From: Selaginella moellendorffii
Taxonomy: Eukaryota; Plantae; Lycopodiophyta
Direction: 5' to 3'
Assembly (NCBI RefSeq): GCF_000143415.4
Contig: NW_003314316.1
Span: forward strand, 124,001 to 188,000
DNA: 64,000 nt
A program made the translations under genes and the position numbers. Of the stretch, positions 52,500-64,000 are shown one piece after another. How positions within the stretch are numbered: position 1 is the stretch's first letter; every line of letters starts with the position of its first letter. The notes below the pieces were generated by a model. It was given only the letters and a program-made list of their open reading frames with translations. It searched no databases and was not told the DNA's origin.

Positions 52500-55400
52500 C
52501 ATTGCTATTATGGCAAACCTAGTTATTATGCCTCATTCATGGAGTGAGTGGTACAAAGTTTTAATATGCAATGTATTTCCCTTGTAAATTGGCCTATCAG
52601 TTATTCTTCAGAGCAAGCACTTAGCTTCCCAATTAATTTCAAAATGGGGATGGCTTTCCTTTAGAGGTTAAATGTCTAATACATTTTTTAGACAAAAGTC
52701 TTAGAAATTTTCATAGTGTATCTTTCTTGCTTAGTTGTGGTCCACCTTAAGAGATTTTTACTCCACAAAATTTTGTTGCATATCAATCCAGATTTGCAAT
52801 TAATCCAATGTTTATTAGCCTAATTATTAGCAAATGTATTTCTACCTATGAGTATCTAAGCTTTATTGTGAATTGTTAAAGTTCCTACAATAGTTTCTTT
52901 GCCTAAGATTGCATAAAATTTTAGCAATTGTATAGTAGGCAAAATTTTATAAATCCTTTATAAGTTATAATATTCAAGATTTGCGTATAGCTTGGATAGA
53001 CAAACTATCTCTCTATCGAAAAGAAATCCTAATACTATTTTCTTTTTGTATAAATAACTTCATAAATATAACTCTAGCTTACACTATGTACCTACAAAGT
53101 AATCTAGGTATATTATCATACCTTCTTTGGCAACAGTAAAGGTACTAGGAGTCAAACTTCTATATACTTTGAACAAAATATTGTTAAGTATTTTGCTCTG
53201 TAATTTGTTAAGCTATTTAAGTAATTTTGTTAAATTTATCATTCGTTAGCCTAGTTAGGCACACAAAATAATTTAGTTTTACTTTTTTATGCTTTTACCT
53301 AATCACACAGAGTGGGGATCAATCAACTTCCATATAGTTATATAAGCAAAATGTAAATTTTGATAGGTGTGGTGGATAATTGGTAAACATTTTTATTTTG
53401 TTTACCCCAATTCCCTCAATCAACTTTTATCAGAACTATGGAGGGTTATTAATCTTTAATCTTTCCACCTAGGTGCACAAAAGGACCTTCCCTTTCTACC
53501 CATGCCTAATGTGGTTAAGATTAATTTAGTGCAAAGTCTTTGGCATATGATAGTCAATTTTAGAGTAGCTTTTCTGCTTCACATTGGGTTTTACCCTCTA
53601 GCTTATATCCGATCTTACCCTTATAACTGTGGAATTAAAAAGGATGGACTATTGCTCTTAGTAAATTTTAGGTAAAACTCTTTTAAATAGATCAACACTA
53701 GGGACTAATTTGAATAGGACATGAAAACTATTTTATGAAATTACTTTATGAAATTAACACAAAAGTCAAATTGTCTAGTGCATGATAGTTTATTTTAGAT
53801 CAATTTACTTGTGAAATGACATTAGGTAGCTTTTCAAGCATGTGATACCTAATTTGTGGAAGACTTGGCTTTAGATCTGAACAAAAATTGCTTTTCAAGG
53901 TAAATTTCTCTCTAGCCTCTTTGCCAACGGGCAATAATGGTCAATATAAGTTTTTGTTCAAGCTTGTATAACAAAGTTTTGAGCTTTGCAATGTATTTAA
54001 GAATTTTTAAGAGTGTTTAAGGCTATTTCACCTTTTTAAACAAAAACCTTTTTATCTCTAAGCTTATTTTAGTTCTTTAGAGATCAAAGTAACAGTAGTA
54101 GTGTCTCCAAGACTAATGTTTACACTTAGTAGTAAGTTCTACAACTCTCTATTCCATGTTTATGGTGTGAAGCCTCTCAATTGCTTCGTTTGGCAAAAAC
54201 TTGATTAATACATAGGGTGATTTGTATGTTCCAAATATAGGCAAAAATTGAGGTATAACTTTTACTAGAGTAGTTGTATAATTTTGCCTATATAGAAAAT
54301 ATTCACTAGATAAAAATTCTCTTTTGTGGAGAGGTACATAACATCTGTATATCACATTTTACAAAGGGTGGTTCATGCTTTGCAAAGAGCGTTTCAATGA
54401 TGAGTATTTCCCCTAGCAATTGAATGTCGCTCAACTGGTCTGAAGGGCAGATTTTCATGCTTATTTATTTGTATATTTGCTCTTTGTTTATGCCTCATTT
54501 TAGAGGATATAGGGCATATGTCATATAATTGCCCTTGATTCTTCTCTATAGGGCTAGATGTGATATGAGTGCTCTCAAGATCTATAAAAGAGTAACACCT
54601 TTCACATTGAGCAATATTTATAAGCTCTCTATGTATAAAAGATGAGTCTTGATTAATTTGCCTATGTGTACTAGATGTAAAGCAGTTCAAATAGTTAGAG
54701 CAGTTTGTGATAATTGTTTCTAAATTTTTGACTTGTAAGTGTTGTTCAAGTTTTATAGGCTCTTGCAATATGCATAAGAGACTTAAATTTGGGACAAGTT
54801 TACTCTCAAACTGTGTCTGAGTAATAGTCAAAGCTAAAAGACTTTGGATCAAAGCCTTAAGACAACACAATGTTCTAATTGTCAAAGCTTTGTAAAATTT
54901 AGGTGAATAATTCCCTAATTTATTCTTCACTAAAGCTGGCTTTAGCTCTCTTTAAGTTGGAGTTGAAGACAAGAGTTATAGATGCCCAATTTTTCTACTT
55001 GTGTATGCCTAAAAAAATTGTGACATGCTCCTGAAAAATGTATCCTTTAAAAATTTAAGTGAGAATTTACTTAGAAATAAAAAATTCTAAAGTATTTAAT
55101 TATATTTTCCATATTAAACAAACTTCATTCCTTCTTCTTTTAGATTTTTCTCAAAAAATTGCTAATGAAACAATTTAAACTTGAGTTTCTGGACAATGTA
55201 TGTTAAACTCCAATTTTAAACTCATCCCATGCTCTATGGTTTAAGTGACGGTTGAAAAATTATCTTTTTTGCATTGTCTGGGCACTAAGCCATTGCAATC
55301 GCAAAAAGAGCTCATTTGTTTAGTATTGTTTAGGCTCAAGGTCTTTGTAATCACTGAAAAGATTTACTTGTGATTCCTAGTGCTAGGCACATTTAATATT

Positions 55401-57300
55401 CACAAGCTATTTTCTCCTAACTGTTTTTCAAGCCAAAGAGTGATGGTTTATCCCACCATTGTGGCCAAAAGTGAGTAAAAAAATATTGATACACCAAATA
55501 GAGACTTATTTAGCTCAATGAATCTAAATTTAAGTAACTCTTTGACTTGTCATTAAATTTCTTATTCCTTTATATAATTTAGCAAAAATGGACAACAGTA
55601 GATTTGCCTCATCCTTAGCTCTAGTGTAATTTCATGCTCCACACCTTTTAATGAAGGCAACTTATAAAAAAGTTTGGATGAAAAAATATTAGTAAACTCT
55701 TTAAGTATATCTTACACTATTGCCTCTCCCATACACATGTCTTGGTCCCTCAAGTTACAAATAAATAGTAAATAACTTGAAAGTGCCTTTTCCATTATAA
55801 TATGCTCACTTTAAAGATGTAATAAAAAGTATAACAACTGAAGGTTGAACTCACTTTTCAAACCATACATCTTTGACACTACTATATTTTAATGACACAT
55901 GTTTAATGCTTCACTTTATCTTTAGATCCACTTTTGCCAACTATGGCATTTTAAAAATGAATGAAATAAAAGATCTCCATAAGTATGATTTTGCTAACTA
56001 ACACTTCCAACTTCTTTACATAAACATCTAAATGTTGTATAGAGGTAATTGCACCTTCCATCATGTCTGGAAAAACTCCTTGTGTCATCAAATTATGCTT
56101 TTTAACAAATGTTTCTAAAATAAAGTTGTTATTACTCCCATTGTTCAATAAAATCCATACTAGACTGCCACAAAACATGTTTTTTAACATTAAATTTGAT
56201 GCATAATTATCCTTGACCTTTATTTTGTTCCACACATTGTTAAGTTGACAAACAACAATGAAAAACCTCTTCCTCCAGCTAGAACAGTTTTTATTGTCAT
56301 CCTCAAGTTGTAAATTGTGTAACTTCTTAGTATCTAATATATTGTTATTTGAAGATTAACCATTCTTCTTGCTTTGTTACTTATTTTTCAACTGTTATCA
56401 ATTAGCTTTATAATGTCCAAACTCATTGTAATGATAATAACCTTGCCTATAATTTTTCATAAATAATTTCTATTTTTTCTGCCCCTTCATATTAGAAGTA
56501 GCCACAAAGACTTCAATTTATGATGTTTAATTTTATTTTTGTATCCATGGTAATTATCACAACAATTCTCAACTAAAAGATTCCTTGAATGCTTATGAGA
56601 CTTGTGCTTGTCATTATCAAATCAATAAGCCGCATCAAAGAGCTCCTCTAAATTTTTTGTAGGTTGGGAATGATGTAAATGTTGCCTCATGCTCTCATTG
56701 TAAATGCCATCAATAAAATAGGATTTATTCTAATCTAGATCCTTTATTAGAACATGGCTAATCAAGCAAGTGAGCTTTTTATTATAATCCTTAAGTGTCT
56801 TTTTCCTTTACTGGAAATATCAAAGTTTTATATGAGTATTCTCTATGTCATAGTGAGGGGCAAAACATAGACAAAAGCAATTTAAAACTCATCTATGGTA
56901 AACTTAAATAGTTTTTCATTTACAACACAAGACTCCTTAAGTTAATTCCATCATTGAAAATCTATATTACACAAAACCATTGAAATAACCACTAAGCTTT
57001 TGCATTTAGAGTTTTTCTAGCAGCCAAAAACTTTTTCACATTAACTAGCCAAGTTAAATAAACCATCTCTTAAAAAAGTTGGAATCTTGAATTAATCCAT
57101 CAAAGAAGTCTTATTTGGATTATTACCATTGCTAGCTTGGAGTGCCTTAATACAGCCATGCATCATAACCTATGTATTGCAACAATTTATCTTGTCTTGC
57201 ATTTCTTGTTGATTTTTGTTGAGGTTTTGCATTATATGACCATGCAGTTAACATGGGTTAAAGGGAAGCTTAAGGGTATGGATTTAAGGTAATGAATTTA
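52500..57300 (-). mobile_element. Heavily decayed Gypsy-family remnants on the minus strand
   Basis: 55610-55920 is a diverged reverse-complement homologue of 51750-52060; the region is AT-rich and stop-ridden. Boundaries are approximate. Confidence 0.45.
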
Positions 57301-57658
57301 AAAATTTTGGGTAATAATATAGTCTAGGCAAAGGTAAGTGTCTTTATTTTTGTTATTTAGCAGCAAGCTTTAAAATCAAGTGATCACCCCTTTAGTCAGT
57401 TAACATATGGTGTAAACGATAGGATCTTAACAATAACTATAGCAACAATATAGTTGATTCAATTGATAGTGTGGCTAAAAAATACTTAGATCTGGTGGCT
57501 GGAATAAAACTACTTTGTGGCTTGATTATTTAGTGAAGACTAGAGTGAAAGGTAAACAATGCATTATATTTCATATATAATATATATGATTATTACAAAT
57601 AGAAGTATTTCTAGCATATAGTATATAGAATCAATTTCTAGGAAGGTAATAATCTTCA

Positions 57659-59227
57659 TCAAGGACCATGAACAATAAGTTTCCCAGCTCTCCTCACATT
57701 TTCCAGCGCTTCAAGCATCTGCACGTTATCGGTCCTGGTAAAGATGCCGTGGAGTAAGTCGTAGACACTGGCCGTGAATGGGCAGAGCATTTCTTGCATG
57801 TAGACAAAGACGTGAGAGATCTCCTCCATCTGGCCCATCTGCTCGTAAGCCCGGATCATCGTCTCGTACACCCCAGGCGTCCGGTTCACCCCCTTGTCCA
57901 GTACCGCCGCGAAAAACTCCATGCACGAATCATAGTACCCGGCCTTGAAGCATACCTCGAGCAGCTCCACGTACACGCTGCCTCGTATCCGGCACGACGA
58001 GCACTGCATCTCCTTGAACACCGCGATGGTGTCGTCCCAGCACTGCGCCGCCGAGAAAGCCTTGATCAAGGTGATGAAGAACTGCTCGCCGAGCTTCACA
58101 CTGTCGTGATCGATCGTCTTGAGCAGCTCCAGAGCCTTGTCGTAAAGGCCGGCCTTGCAGTAGAGGCCCAGCATGATCACGTAGCTTGCCTCGTTGGGCC
58201 GGTTCCCAGAGCCGAGGATGCAATCGTCGAAGACGCGGACAGCTTCCTCCAGCTTGCCGGCTCTCACGTAGGACTCAAGCACGCAGTTGAGGAGATAGAT
58301 GTCTGGCTGGATCTGGCACCCGGCCATGGACTGGAAGAGGTCCTCCACTTGCTGAGTCTGGCCGGCCTTGGCGTAGACGTTCATCAGGCTGGTATACGCG
58401 ATCTTGTCCAGCTTGATCCCCTGGATCTTCATCCGGTTGAAAAGCGTTCGCACGATGCTGGACGAGCCGGGTATCTCCTTGCAAACTGAGAAGAGCTGGC
58501 TGTACGTCACCACCGTGGGCCTCACTTTGCTGTCCTCCATGTCCTGGAAGATCTTGAGCGCGTCCATGCCCCGACCGTCTCGGCTATACACCCGGATCAT
58601 GAGGTTGCAGATGAAGGAGTTGGGAGCTACGTTGATCTGCTGCATGAGGCCGTACCACTTCTCGCAAACTTCTACCTGCTGAGCGTCCGAGGCCTCCTTG
58701 ATCACCGCCTCGAACAAGCCAAAGTCGAGGTAAAAGCTGTTGTCGTGCATCCAGTCTACCAGGCTGTTGAGAGCACCCCACTTTCGAGCCACCAGGAGCC
58801 TGTGGAGCATCGTGAGCGCGGTGTCCAGATTCAAAGGGACGTCGCCTTGTTTCCTGGCCCAGTCGAAGAATCCATTTGCCAGCCTCGTGTCGCGGACGAG
58901 CTTGAGCACCATGGCAACGTCTCGAGGTGACGAGAGCTTTGTTCTCACTCCATCTAGCTTCTCGTCCAGATCTTCCAGGTAAACGGTGTCGTTGAGCACT
59001 GCCACCACTTGATTAACTAGCTGGGTGTCGAGAGAAGCCGCTGGAGGGGTGCTCGCGTTGATGGTGTTCTTCCTCGGTTTCCTCTTTCTGTGGCGAATGT
59101 GGTAGGCTACGTCGTCAATGCCGCCTCCAGTTCCTTGCGGTGACGGTTGCGTAGAGAAGCCCAAACCAGCGACGAACCTCACGGCGCCCACGATCTTGTG
59201 CAGCCTTCTCGTTGCTCCAGTGAGCAT
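57659..59227 (-). CDS. P-class pentatricopeptide repeat protein, probably mitochondrial
   Basis: Intronless 522 aa with tandem 35-aa repeats (PNSFICNLMIRVY, PTVVTYSQL, DKIAYTSLMNVYAKAG, PDIYLLNCVLESY, PNEASYVIML) and an Arg-rich N-terminus. No E/DYW domain. Confidence 0.93.
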   Translation of the reverse strand: MLTGATRRLHKIVGAVRFVAGLGFSTQPSPQGTGGGIDDVAYHIRHRKRKPRKNTINASTPPAASLDTQLVNQVVAVLNDTVYLEDLDEKLDGVRTKLSSPRDVAMVLKLVRDTRLANGFFDWARKQGDVPLNLDTALTMLHRLLVARKWGALNSLVDWMHDNSFYLDFGLFEAVIKEASDAQQVEVCEKWYGLMQQINVAPNSFICNLMIRVYSRDGRGMDALKIFQDMEDSKVRPTVVTYSQLFSVCKEIPGSSSIVRTLFNRMKIQGIKLDKIAYTSLMNVYAKAGQTQQVEDLFQSMAGCQIQPDIYLLNCVLESYVRAGKLEEAVRVFDDCILGSGNRPNEASYVIMLGLYCKAGLYDKALELLKTIDHDSVKLGEQFFITLIKAFSAAQCWDDTIAVFKEMQCSSCRIRGSVYVELLEVCFKAGYYDSCMEFFAAVLDKGVNRTPGVYETMIRAYEQMGQMEEISHVFVYMQEMLCPFTASVYDLLHGIFTRTDNVQMLEALENVRRAGKLIVHGP

Positions 59228-59244
59228 TGGAGTTCGGAAGAACC

Positions 59245-60493
59245 CTAAGCGTCTGAGGATTCTTCGTGGGTTCGAAGGAGCGCCTTGCAGAACCTTACGT
59301 GCAATGCGTGACTTGCCTGGATTGAAAAGAAAACCAGAAAAAGTGTCATGGACAGCTCAAGTTCTTTCATACCTTGAAGGCGAAGATATGAGCGACAGGG
59401 ATACCGGGATGGCCACCTCGAGAGCACAACGAGATATCGCCCAAGAGGTCGAGCATCTTGTGTCGGCAAGGCTCGTCCCGGAATCGAAGCGGCGGATTCA
59501 CCCAGCCAGTTACTTTTCTGTTTAAACAAAGGGAAGACGAAGAGATACGAAACGAGAAAGGAACACATGATCTTACTTGCAGATCAAAGCGTTCTCTAGA
59601 CTTCCTCCTTGGATCAGCTTTGCTCCTCTCAGCATTTCAATCTGCGAAAATAGAAACTTTTGAAGTGTCTAGAGGAACAAATGAGCTCACCTGACCTGCT
59701 CATATAAACCGAAGGTCCGAGCCGGAGCAACCTCTTCGCGAAAGGAGCAAGAATCCGGAAAGTAAGTGAAGCACTGAGTTCCAATCGCAGGATGCTAAGT
59801 CCAAAAGATGTAAGTGATCGATCAACAAAAAGAGACAAGAAAGAGAGTACCTCGCGAAAATCGATACAGTACGTAAGCATGGAGGTCGAAGCTGGGAAAG
59901 CCGCTACAAACGAGTCCGATTCCGGGTTCCCGACATGGACTGGAAACTTAAGCTTGAACCTCTTTCTTCTAGCAACAGCACTCCCATCCTCGTCTTTGGC
60001 AGCAGAGATCCCAGCGCGATCGATTGCTTCCACCCACGGCAACGCCGATCCATCCAGCAAAGGCACCTCGTCATTCCCTTCCAGATGGATCCGGCAGTTG
60101 TCCACGCACAAGCCCTCCAAGGCCGCTAGAACATGCTCCACCGTGCGTATCCTCCCCACGCGAGTACTCAGCTTGCAAGCCTCCGGCACCACAAATTCTG
60201 CCGACGCTGGAATCGTGTAGTCCCTTGGATCTTCCCGGAGCGTGAAGAATCTCCCAGCGCCGGCTCGAGCAGGGAAGATCGTCACGCGCGTCTCCTTGCC
60301 AGTGTGTAATCCAATGCCGGATCGCGTCACCGGGGTCACGATCGAGGTCTGGAACGCTGGCTGCGACGAAATATCAGCTTAGATCCCAGGCGCTGGATCT
60401 ATCGCTTACCTCTTCGCGCAGGCAGGGAGGAGCCAGAGCTCGCGTCGCCAGCGCCAGCGCCCTCGCCCTCGCCCTGGAAGAAGGCGCTAGCAT
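59245..60493 (-). CDS. lpxC: UDP-3-O-acyl-N-acetylglucosamine deacetylase (lipid A pathway), organelle-targeted
   Basis: Exons 60493-60410, 60360-59851, 59794-59696, 59641-59577, 59517-59373 and about 59316-59245. Motifs [52 protein letters not shown] and FKASH. Confidence 0.93.
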
Positions 60494-60768
60494 TATTTTG
60501 AAAAACCGCAAGAGTTAGGATTCTAGGGTTCTTGGGGATACCGGTTGTTCTTCTACGGAGAGGCGCCGGTAGAAGGTCCAGGGGGCACTGCCGCTGATCG
60601 ATCATCGATGCAAACAGGCATGGTTTGGTCTTGCTGCCAGCGCTGCGGCATTCTGTTTGTTAGAACATCGCCGGTGTCGATGATCTTAGTGATGAGGAAG
60701 GGCGAGGGTTGAAATCTTCTACTCTTCTTCATGCTCACAGCGAATCTTTGAGAGAAGCAATTTCTAGG
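60494..60768. promoter_or_regulatory. Compact bidirectional promoter region between lpxC and kinesin-4
   Basis: 275 bp between the divergent ATGs; telo-box-like CTAGGGTT at about 60523. Confidence 0.5.
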
Positions 60769-63700
60769 ATGGATTCCGGCAAGCCGCCGCTCGCTGGGGT
60801 CAAGGATGCCGTGCAAGTGGCTGTGAACATCCGGCCTCTCATCGGATCGGAGCTCTTGCAGGGCTGTAGGGATTGCATCAATGTTGTCGCTGGAGAGCCT
60901 CAGGTATGTTCTTCTTTCGAGATTTCGATGCTCATTCTTTCTGGAAACCATCACAGATCCAGCTCGGGACGCATTGTTTCACGTTTGATTACGTCTATGG
61001 CACTACCACCGAGTCATCGTCGTCCAAGATCTTCAAGGAGTGCGTAGCTCCGCTTGTGGATGGGCTCTTCTATGGCTACAATGCTACTGTTCTTGCGTAT
61101 GGCCAGGTACTAGAGAGAATGCAAAGTTGATACGAGCGTTAGAAGTTTTATTCTTTCCTTCTATCAAAACTTATGTGGCAGACTGGTTCTGGGAAAACAT
61201 ACACAATGGGAACAGGGTACACTCCTGGAGGGAACAATGGAGGAGTTATCCCCCAAGTCATGGAGAAGATTTTTAACAAAGCCCACCATCTCAGGAATCA
61301 AACGCACTTCCACATCCGAGTCTCGTTTATAGAGGTAAGATCATTTTGTTCATCGGCTTTGATTTGCATGAATGCTACTAAAAGTCTATGTTCTTGTAGA
61401 TATTGAAAGAAGAAATCCACGACTTGCTTTGCGAAACAACAGTTACGAAGCAAGACACAAGTGGGATGAAGACGCCACTGCTAACAAGACCATCAATTCA
61501 AATTCGGGAAAGCACTGCTGGAGAGATCAACCTTGCTGGCATCACAGAAACCGATGTTCACACCTTGCAAGAGATGGCGTCGTGTTTAGCTCAAGGTTCT
61601 CTTTCCCGTGCGACCGGAAGCACGAATATGAATTCTCGTTCAAGGTTTGTTTTGTGTTTTCTGTCTCTAGTTTTCTTATTGATTGGTAAAGTATTGCAGC
61701 CGTTCGCATGCTATCTTCACCATCACTTTGGAACAGAAGAAAAAGCACCGTGAGAAGAGCTCTTCCTCTTTTGATGCTGCATGCGATGACTTTCTGTGTG
61801 GAAAGCTTCATCTTGTGGACCTTGCTGGGTCTGAGCGGGCAAAAAGGACTGGAACTGATGGGATGCGTTTTAAAGAGGGTACGCATTGCATGGCTGCCAT
61901 CGTTAAGAAGTTGTCATCATCCATTTTTATTGTTCTTGCAGGTGTTCATATCAACAAAGGTCTTTTAGCTCTTGGGAATGTAATTAGCGTTCTTGGAGAG
62001 GACAAGAGGCGGAAGGAACCAAGACATGTGCCGTACAGGGATAGCAAGCTCACTCGACTTTTACAGGTTTGCGGGAATCACTTTGAAGTCCTGTGATGAT
62101 TTAATAAGTGCCTCGTGACAGGATTCACTTGGTGGTAACAGCAGGACTGTGATGATAGGTATACAGCCTTGGCGATTTGTTTCCTTTTTTCTAATCTAAA
62201 ATCCTTTTCGCAGCTTGTATCAGTCCGGCTGATTCAAATGTCGAGGAAACTCTTAATACTTTGAAGTACGCAAATCGGGCAAGAAATATCCAAAATAAAC
62301 CAATTGTGAATAGAGATCCAATCGGGACAGAGATGCAGAAACTGCGACAGCAACTCAATCTCTTACAGGCAGAGCTTGTTTGTGCTCGTGCAAGTGAATG
62401 CGCACCTACAGTTCTTGAGGTAAGGTCTTTTACAAAATCTAGCAAACATAATTGAAATTGAGTGGCTTCGTAGGTTTTGAAGCAAAAGCTCTCTTCGTTG
62501 GAGACTAGCAATGAAAAACTACGCAGGGAGTTAATGGAGTCGCAAGAAAGCTGTAACAGTCTTTGTCAACGTGCTCTTGATGCTCAGGTGGAGCGTGATA
62601 GGCTCTTACAGGTAGTTGAACGTCGTCCAACATCTGGTTATGACGAGCACACAGCTGAGGTAGAACGACCTTGTTTTTTCTTGTCTCTCGGTTTAATCTA
62701 ATTGCTCGATTGCAGCCTACCAGCTTGCTGCAGAGTTACATGAGAACAATTCATGATTTAGAAGCAGAGCTACAGCTATTACGCACGTCGTGTTCTGGCG
62801 ATGTTCGCCGCGTTTCAACTTCATCCGATGGAGGGTGCTCCGACATCGTTGACGGAAACCATGGTCTTCTATCAGAAACACGCTGCTTAATGTCGCATCT
62901 GATTGAGAATTATGCAGACGTTTTTGAGGAGGATGCCATGACTGCTAAGGAGGTGGAGCATCATCTGTTTCTAAGGGAGTGTATGGATAAGGAACTTCAA
63001 GAGTTGAATATGCAGCTGAAGGAGAAAGAGGTAAACTTAAATTTTTAGAAACTGTGGCCAGGATTTTGAGATTTTCTTTTGAAAACATGATTTTTATCCG
63101 ATGGTTCACAACCTGAGCTTGTACTCTGCAGGCAGAAATGACTCGAGTTGCAAACAATGATGCTGCTGTACTCAAAGACCATTTCGATAAAAAAATACTG
63201 GAGCTTGAAGAGGAGAAGAAGAAGCTTCAGGTAAACTAAGCATTAGTCTTCTGTTTCTAATCATTTGAAATTATCAGATGGAGAAAAAGCTATTGTCGTC
63301 GGAGCTCGAATCACTTCATTCCTCTTCGGATGAACAGACCAAGAGGATTCAGAGTTCATACGCACAGAAGTTGAAAGATCTGGAAACTCAGGTACTATAT
63401 TCTCTTACACACTTTTTTTCTTCTTTTATTTTTATTAATTGTTTTCTTTCTGGTAGATTTCTGATTTAAAAAAGCAGCAGGAAAAACATGCACAGCTCTT
63501 GAGACTCAAGCAACGGAGTGATGATTCGGCGCAACGATTAGAGAATGAGATACACCGAATCAAGCAGCAGAAGGCAATGTTTTCTACCGGGCAGATTTTC
63601 AGTTGGACTTACTTTGCAAGCTTACCATCTCCAGGTGCATTTGCAAAACCGCATAAAGCAGGAATCTGAACATTTTAGAACATGGAAGGCTTGCCGGGAG

Positions 63701-64000
63701 AAAGAACTAATGCGCTTGCGCAAGGAAGGTAGGCGGAATGAGTATGAGATGCACAAGCTACAGACCTTGCATGAAAGGCAAAAACAGGTGAATGAAGGTG
63801 TTTATTGTCACCACCATTTTAACATTTTGGCCTTTGCAGGTACTGCATAGGAAAACTGAGGAAGCAGCCACAGCTAGTCGAAGGCTTAAAGAAGTCCTTG
63901 AATCTCGAAAACAGGAAGCTCGTGAAAACCATGTGTCAGGAACACCCGCTAAACTGACTGCGAAGACATTTCAGGTTTGCCTCAGGCGTCTCTTGGTTTG
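60769..64000 (+). CDS. Kinesin-4 (KIF4/FRA1/KIN-4C-like chromokinesin); multi-exon, truncated by the window end
   Basis: [27 protein letters not shown]|[66 protein letters not shown], then coiled coil with [18 protein letters not shown]. Confidence 0.95.

Noticed and set aside
54394-54930. 178-aa minus-strand ORF
   Set aside because: No motifs; AT-rich decayed transposon context.
57794-58982. Long plus-strand ORFs (e.g. 231 aa) overlapping the PPR gene
   Set aside because: Antisense shadows of a GC3-rich coding sequence with no recognisable motifs.
59245-60493. lpxC as evidence of bacterial contamination
   Set aside because: It has five spliceosomal introns and a transit-peptide-like exon and lies between plant genes.

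Overview
Eukaryotic plant genomic DNA with very short (about 50-70 bp) GT-AG introns and tightly packed genes; this compactness suggests a lycophyte such as Selaginella (inference). Region 1 (0.5-17.7 kb) is gene-rich: a large acidic, Nopp140/Treacle-like repeat protein gene, then four tandem segmental copies of an 11-exon 2-oxoglutarate/Fe(II) dioxygenase gene. Two copies are intact, one is internally inverted and one is frameshifted, and a microbial-type beta-propeller lactonase relic lies between them. Region 2 (17.7-57.5 kb) is an AT-rich transposon island. It holds Copia and Gypsy remnants, a complete non-autonomous LTR element with TSDs, a full-length decayed Tcn1/Tf1-type chromovirus with a self-priming PBS, and a decayed hAT transposase. 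It also holds one intact, very AT-rich secreted GNA-lectin fusion ORF and, not evident from the ORF track, a decayed spliced gene for a ParB/Srx-like domain plus a beta-class N4C/N6A DNA methyltransferase that the chromovirus interrupts. Region 3 (57.6-64 kb) is housekeeping: a P-class PPR gene, lpxC ending only 17 bp upstream of it, and a divergent kinesin-4 gene that runs off the window.
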